From contig JBCDKA010000001.1 in assembly GCA_038747195.1 (NCBI GenBank), forward strand, positions 139,220 to 203,219: a stretch of DNA of 64,000 nt, written 5' to 3'. The DNA is from Pseudomonadota bacterium. GTDB lineage: Bacteria; Pseudomonadota; Gammaproteobacteria; Xanthomonadales; SZUA-38. Made by a program: the position numbers and the translations under genes. This document shows positions 59,480 through 64,000 of the stretch, in pieces (within the stretch, counting starts at the first letter, position 1; each line of letters begins with the position of its first letter). A model generated the notes under the pieces. It was not told the DNA's origin and did not search any database. It was given only the letters and a program-made list of their open reading frames with translations.

Positions 59480-60724
59480 ATGCCATCTTCCAAAAGCCAT
59501 TCCAGTAAACCTCGCGTCGTCATTATCGGTGCAAATTTCGCTGGTCTGCGGGCAGCAGCCCAGCTTTCCTGCCGCCACCGGGTGACGGTGCTGGACGCGA
59601 TGAGGGAGTTTGAGTGGACCCCTAACATCCATGAGATTCTCTCGGGCGTTAAACGCGCGGATGGCGTCAAGCTGCCCTTTGGTCCCGCCGTTGCCCGCTA
59701 CGGCCACGAATTTGTGCAGGCGCGGGTCAGTCAAATCGACGTCGATGCACAGCAGGTGATCAGCACGGACGGCCGGAGCTGGGATTATGACGCCTGTATT
59801 GTGGCCGCCGGCAGTGAGGGTGCCAGCTTTGGTATCCCGGGCGTTGAGGAACACGCCATGAAACTGCGTCGAGTGGCAGACGCGGAGCGTATCAGCGCAG
59901 AACTTGACCGGCTGGGCCGCCGGAAACGCCCAGCTTCGGTGGTTGTGGTCGGCGGCGGCATCACGGGCATCGAGACTGTCGGGGAGATCCTGCGGCGACG
60001 TCACCGCAACGAGCGCTTTGAGATTCGACTGCTGGAGCAAGAGCATCGGCTGCTGTCCCAGCAGCCTCGACAGGTTGGTGCTGATGCCGCCGAGCGCTGC
60101 GAGGCTTTCGGCGTGGATGTCCTCACCGGGGTTGCCGTGGAATCGGTGCAAGCGAAGACCGTTGTCCTCCAAAACGGCCAGCGCCTTAAGTCCGACCTGT
60201 GCATTTGGACGGCGGGACTCGCACTGCCTGCCTTTCTCCGTGGCGCCGCCCTGAACACATCCGACGATCGGTGGCTGCCGGTTCGAGACACACTCCAGAG
60301 CCAGGCCAGTGACGCACTTTTCGTGGCCGGCGACAGCGCTGCCCTGCGCGAGCCTATCGCCAAGCAGGCGTACCACGCGATGGATATGGGGGAGCTGGCC
60401 GGCAGCAACGTGGGTCGCTTCCTCCGCGGTAGGCCGCTCAAAGACTTCAGGCCGTCGCGTACGCCAACCCTGATTGCTTTTGGCGACGTCACCACGTGGC
60501 TCGTGGCGGGCAATTCAGCGGCCGCCAGCCCGCTGCTGGCGGCAGGCAAAGAGGCGGTGTATCTCGCCACGATGGCTCAGCTGGATTCACCCTGGCGGCC
60601 GGTTGGCTACACGGCCCGCCTGGCGAGCCGCGCAAGCCGCGCCACCTTTGGCCTGCTGCTACCGCAGCTCAATCTCGAATCGATTGTCGCCGGCGCTAAG
60701 GGCAGCCGGATTATGCTCGGCTGA
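59480..60724 (+). CDS. FAD/NAD(P)-dependent oxidoreductase (NDH-2-like fold)
   Basis: VVIIGANFAG, YD..IVAAGS, GIPGV, VVVGGGITGIE, WTAG, FVAGD. Confidence 0.88.
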   Translation: MPSSKSHSSKPRVVIIGANFAGLRAAAQLSCRHRVTVLDAMREFEWTPNIHEILSGVKRADGVKLPFGPAVARYGHEFVQARVSQIDVDAQQVISTDGRSWDYDACIVAAGSEGASFGIPGVEEHAMKLRRVADAERISAELDRLGRRKRPASVVVVGGGITGIETVGEILRRRHRNERFEIRLLEQEHRLLSQQPRQVGADAAERCEAFGVDVLTGVAVESVQAKTVVLQNGQRLKSDLCIWTAGLALPAFLRGAALNTSDDRWLPVRDTLQSQASDALFVAGDSAALREPIAKQAYHAMDMGELAGSNVGRFLRGRPLKDFRPSRTPTLIAFGDVTTWLVAGNSAAASPLLAAGKEAVYLATMAQLDSPWRPVGYTARLASRASRATFGLLLPQLNLESIVAGAKGSRIMLG

Positions 60725-60772
60725 GAGCGCCGTTCACCGCCGATTGACGGCGGCTGTCGCACGCTACGGACC

Positions 60773-62233
60773 ATGATCGAGGTAGTCTGGTTCAAGCGGG
60801 ACCTTCGCACACACGACCATGCAGCGCTTGCCGGCGCGCTGGATCGTGGCCCGACGCTGGCCCTCTACATCATCGAGCCGGAGCTTTGGACGCAACCCGA
60901 TCGGTCCTGGCGGCAGTGGGCTTTCCTCAAGGATTGCCTGAAGTCGCTGGATGCTGAGCTGCGCGAGCAGGGCGGCGAGCTTTGCGTGCGAGTGGGAGAT
61001 GCCCTTGAGGTCTTCGAATCACTGAGGCAGCGCTGCGGCAGCCTGCGGATTCACGCGCACGAGGAAACCGGCACCCGCTGGACTGATCTGCGCGACATCG
61101 CGCTGCGACGCTGGTGCCGCGAGCAGCAGGTGCCGCTGATCGAACACCGTCAGTTTGGGGTGTTTCGGCCGCTGAAAGACCGCAACGGCTGGGCCGGGCA
61201 CTGGAAGCGACAGATGTTGCAGCCGCTGGTCACGCTGCCAGAGCACTTTGAGTGGCAGCAGGAACAGGCGACCGCCGGCTGGGAAGACTGGTCGCCGGAG
61301 CTCGAGCAAGAGGATTGTGCAGTTCAGCCTGGCGGTACCGATCACGGACGCAGGCTCATGCGCAGCTTTTTGGAATCGCGGGGCGAAAGCTATCACCGCG
61401 AGCTATCCAGTCCCGAAACCGCCGAGGACAGCTGCTCGCGGCTAAGCGCCCATCTGGCGATGGGCAGTCTGTCGCTGCGCGAGCTTGCGCAGCGCACCTG
61501 GCGGGCCCAGCAGGGCGCGCGGGGGCGCAGCGGGCCCTGGCCCAGGGCGCTCAAGGCCTTCGAGGGCCGCCTCCACTGGCACTGCCACTTCATCCAGAAA
61601 TTTGAGAGTGAGCCACGAATCGAATTCGAAAACCTGGCGCGCAGCACCGATGGTCTGCGGGAAGACGCTTTCGATCCGGATCGCTTTGAGGCCTGGCGTC
61701 AAGGTCTGACCGGCTATCCGTTTGTCGATGCGTGCATGCGGTATCTCAACGCGACGGGGTGGCTGAACTTTCGGATGCGGGCGATGCTCGCTGCGTTCTC
61801 CGCATACCACCTCTGGCAGCACTGGCGACAGCCCGCGCTGCATCTGGCTCGGTGTTTCACCGACTATGAAGCCGGAATCCATTTCAGCCAAATGCAGATG
61901 CAATCCGGCACTACCGGGATCAACTCCGTGCGGATCTATAACCCGGTAAAACAATCCATGGAGCATGACCCGAACGGCGACTTCATCCGTAGGTGGGTCC
62001 CTGAACTTGAAGGTGTCTCAGCCCAGTGGATTCACGAGCCTTGGCGCATGCCGGCGTCTATGCAGGTGGCCCAGGGTTGTCGTATTCCCGGCAACTACCC
62101 CGCACCGATTGTGGATCATATCGCCGCGGCCAGGACTGCCCGCCGTCGCATGGCAAAGATCCGCGCCCCAGCTGAGGCTTTTCGGGAAAGCAAAGAAATC
62201 TTCCGACGACACGGCAGCCGGCGTCGAAGCTAA
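60773..62233 (+). CDS. Photolyase/cryptochrome-family protein
   Basis: VWFKRDLRTHDH, SRLSAHL, GLTGYPFVDACMR, GWLNFRMRAM, DYEAGIH, RIYNP, FIRRWVPEL, YPAPIVDH. Confidence 0.93.
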   Translation: MIEVVWFKRDLRTHDHAALAGALDRGPTLALYIIEPELWTQPDRSWRQWAFLKDCLKSLDAELREQGGELCVRVGDALEVFESLRQRCGSLRIHAHEETGTRWTDLRDIALRRWCREQQVPLIEHRQFGVFRPLKDRNGWAGHWKRQMLQPLVTLPEHFEWQQEQATAGWEDWSPELEQEDCAVQPGGTDHGRRLMRSFLESRGESYHRELSSPETAEDSCSRLSAHLAMGSLSLRELAQRTWRAQQGARGRSGPWPRALKAFEGRLHWHCHFIQKFESEPRIEFENLARSTDGLREDAFDPDRFEAWRQGLTGYPFVDACMRYLNATGWLNFRMRAMLAAFSAYHLWQHWRQPALHLARCFTDYEAGIHFSQMQMQSGTTGINSVRIYNPVKQSMEHDPNGDFIRRWVPELEGVSAQWIHEPWRMPASMQVAQGCRIPGNYPAPIVDHIAAARTARRRMAKIRAPAEAFRESKEIFRRHGSRRRS

Positions 62234-62255
62234 GGCCGAGAGTTTGTTCCTCGGG

Positions 62256-64000
62256 CTAGCGTAGGCTGCGCCAACCTTCGACCACCCTCAGCTCCCGCGC
62301 GGTTGGCGGTTGATTGTCTCGCAGAATGAGAAAGCCACCGGTGCCAGGGTCCGGCCAATAGGAGTAGCCGCCAACGTTTACCCACCTCGGGTCGTCTAGG
62401 ACTATTTCCGCTTGCCCGAGCACCAGCTCACCGTCGTTCTGGCTTACCGGCACACGGAACAGGCGGGTCCCATAGCGATAGTAAAGGCTGGACATGTCGT
62501 CTGACCAGGTGGGTTCCTCGCCACCCTGGGTCGATACCGGGATCGTGGGACCATCACGAAACAGGGGCATGACGACGACTTCATAGCGGCCTGAGGCATC
62601 GACCGTCAAAGCCATCCAGCGGTGGTCGGGAGAAGCGTGGCCCAGATCTTCCTCGACGTCCGGCTGCTGAGCGATCAATGTTTGCTCCGCGGTTTTGAGA
62701 TCCACGACCGCGTAATCCAAGCCACCTTCGCCGGGCACTGACATGGCGGCGAGGTTGTTGGCGCTCATCCGAACCAGGTAGCTCTTTGTCTCGAGGAAAA
62801 GAGACTTTTCAAACCCGGCGGAAGACGTCGAAGTCCGGTAAACACCCTGTGGTTCGTCGCTGCCCTCGTGGGCAAAGTACAGGGTGTCGCCGTCCTCAGC
62901 CCACTCCGGATGGTGATTGCCACCACCACGGGTCAGACGGCGCGACTCGCCGCTTTCCATGTCGTAAAGGTAGATGTCGGTCTGGTTGCCGTAGACGGTC
63001 GCTGCAACCTGCCGACCATCAGGTGATACGGCCAGGTTTCCGAAACGTTCGTCGGCGATCGCCGTTTTGCTGATACTGCCGTCGAGCCCAACCCTTGCAA
63101 TCTGTAGCTGCAGGTAGGGTCCCCCGGTGGCATAGATGAGCGTCTGGTCCGAGAGCACAAATTGTGGAAGCGTTGCATCTCGCCGTAGCTCTCCGCCAAG
63201 CAGACGAGGCTCGCCGGACACCTGGTTGGTTGCGTTGTCGAAGTCGACGGCAAACAGCTCGTTCGCCATGACGTAGACCAACGCCCGATTGCTGGCCCAG
63301 CCCGAAACCGCCAGATCGATAATGGTTTCAAGCGTGCCACGGGCAGGATCCAGCGCAACCAGTCGCCCGAAAGTCTCGATACCAGGATATGCCACGGTGA
63401 GAACCGTCTCACCGCCCGGCATTGGCCTCATGATGGTGCTGTATTCTATTCTGGCGCCATCCGGCATCGTAGGCTCGGCCAGGGTAAAGGCGTTTGGCGT
63501 TGGGTTGTTGATACTGACCCACCAGGTGAAACGCCCTTCTCGATCGGAATAAATGATCTTGTCGTTACCCCACCAGGCGCCGCCCTGCGGATTGGGTGTG
63601 GCGAGAACCGTACGCACGGTGCCGCCGTCTAGCGGCGCAATTCGCAACTCGTCTTCGGCGAAAAACGCCACCTTGTCACCGTCCGGCGAGACAAAGGGAT
63701 GGTAGGCTCCGCCGGTCCCCGGGATGGCAGTGACAGCAAACTCACTAAGATCTCGGAGAAACAGCTGCGATGTGTCCGTCGAAGACGGCCCGGTGTAAAT
63801 CAGCTTCTGCCCGTCAGGCGTAATGGCCAGCGCCGGTGCCGGGGTGCGCAGCGGCGAGGCCCCGATGAAGGTCACCGGTGCGTCTTGCGGCAGCAGGATG
63901 CCATAGCGACGAACGCCAGCTGACTCTTGTACTGGATCCACCCCAGGTATCGAGGCTGACGCGTCGGACGCCTCATTGGAATTGTCCCGGTTTTGGAAAA
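62256..64000 (-). CDS. C-terminal TolB-like (PD40) beta-propeller region of a larger protein (5' end outside window)
   Basis: ITPDGQKLIY, PFVSPDG, VSPDGRQVA, SPDHRWMA, GGEEPTWS; frame stays open to base 64000; resembles sensor regions of kinase or winged-helix propeller proteins. Confidence 0.8.
   Translation of the reverse strand, partial: FQNRDNSNEASDASASIPGVDPVQESAGVRRYGILLPQDAPVTFIGASPLRTPAPALAITPDGQKLIYTGPSSTDTSQLFLRDLSEFAVTAIPGTGGAYHPFVSPDGDKVAFFAEDELRIAPLDGGTVRTVLATPNPQGGAWWGNDKIIYSDREGRFTWWVSINNPTPNAFTLAEPTMPDGARIEYSTIMRPMPGGETVLTVAYPGIETFGRLVALDPARGTLETIIDLAVSGWASNRALVYVMANELFAVDFDNATNQVSGEPRLLGGELRRDATLPQFVLSDQTLIYATGGPYLQLQIARVGLDGSISKTAIADERFGNLAVSPDGRQVAATVYGNQTDIYLYDMESGESRRLTRGGGNHHPEWAEDGDTLYFAHEGSDEPQGVYRTSTSSAGFEKSLFLETKSYLVRMSANNLAAMSVPGEGGLDYAVVDLKTAEQTLIAQQPDVEEDLGHASPDHRWMALTVDASGRYEVVVMPLFRDGPTIPVSTQGGEEPTWSDDMSSLYYRYGTRLFRVPVSQNDGELVLGQAEIVLDDPRWVNVGGYSYWPDPGTGGFLILRDNQPPTARELRVVEGWRSLR

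Noticed and set aside
1..64000. CRISPR arrays, prophage, IS elements, rRNA or tRNA
   Set aside because: No spaced direct repeats, phage structural genes, transposases or RNA gene signatures noticed by eye; a covariance-model search was not possible

Overview
GC-rich bacterial chromosomal segment, most likely from a gammaproteobacterium of the Xanthomonadales-related type. That placement is an inference from the ruvB-ybgC...tolQRAB-pal-cpoB-queE-queC order and the style of the secreted proteins. About 46 genes are supported; no rRNA, tRNA, CRISPR array, integrase or transposase was seen. Left part: ruvB 3' end, ybgC, four exported-protein genes separating ybgC from tolQ, the tol-pal/queEC operon, a Ser/Thr kinase converging on FHA-GGDEF and HDOD genes, and two large secreted proteins (Ig-repeat adhesin-like; beta-propeller/di-heme cytochrome c). 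Middle: aromatic catabolism genes (hpaR, hpcD-like, hmgA), a BlaI/BlaR1-type module with an ankyrin C-terminus, and a TonB-dependent receptor-YfiR-1656 aa hybrid kinase/EAL-HDOD operon. Right part: carotenoid oxygenase/PaaN-like/atypical thiolase cluster, RND pump, serine hydrolase, acyl-CoA dehydrogenase, MFS-zinc ribbon fusion, APC permease with AKR-Rid fusion, FAD oxidoreductase, photolyase-family gene and a truncated beta-propeller gene. Best candidates for poorly described systems: the TBDR-YfiR-phosphorelay phosphodiesterase operon, a recurring C-terminal L-[IF]-[FY]-x-x-[GS]-[FL]-E motif on secreted proteins, and the kinase/FHA-diguanylate cyclase pair. All calls come from motif reading, not database searches.
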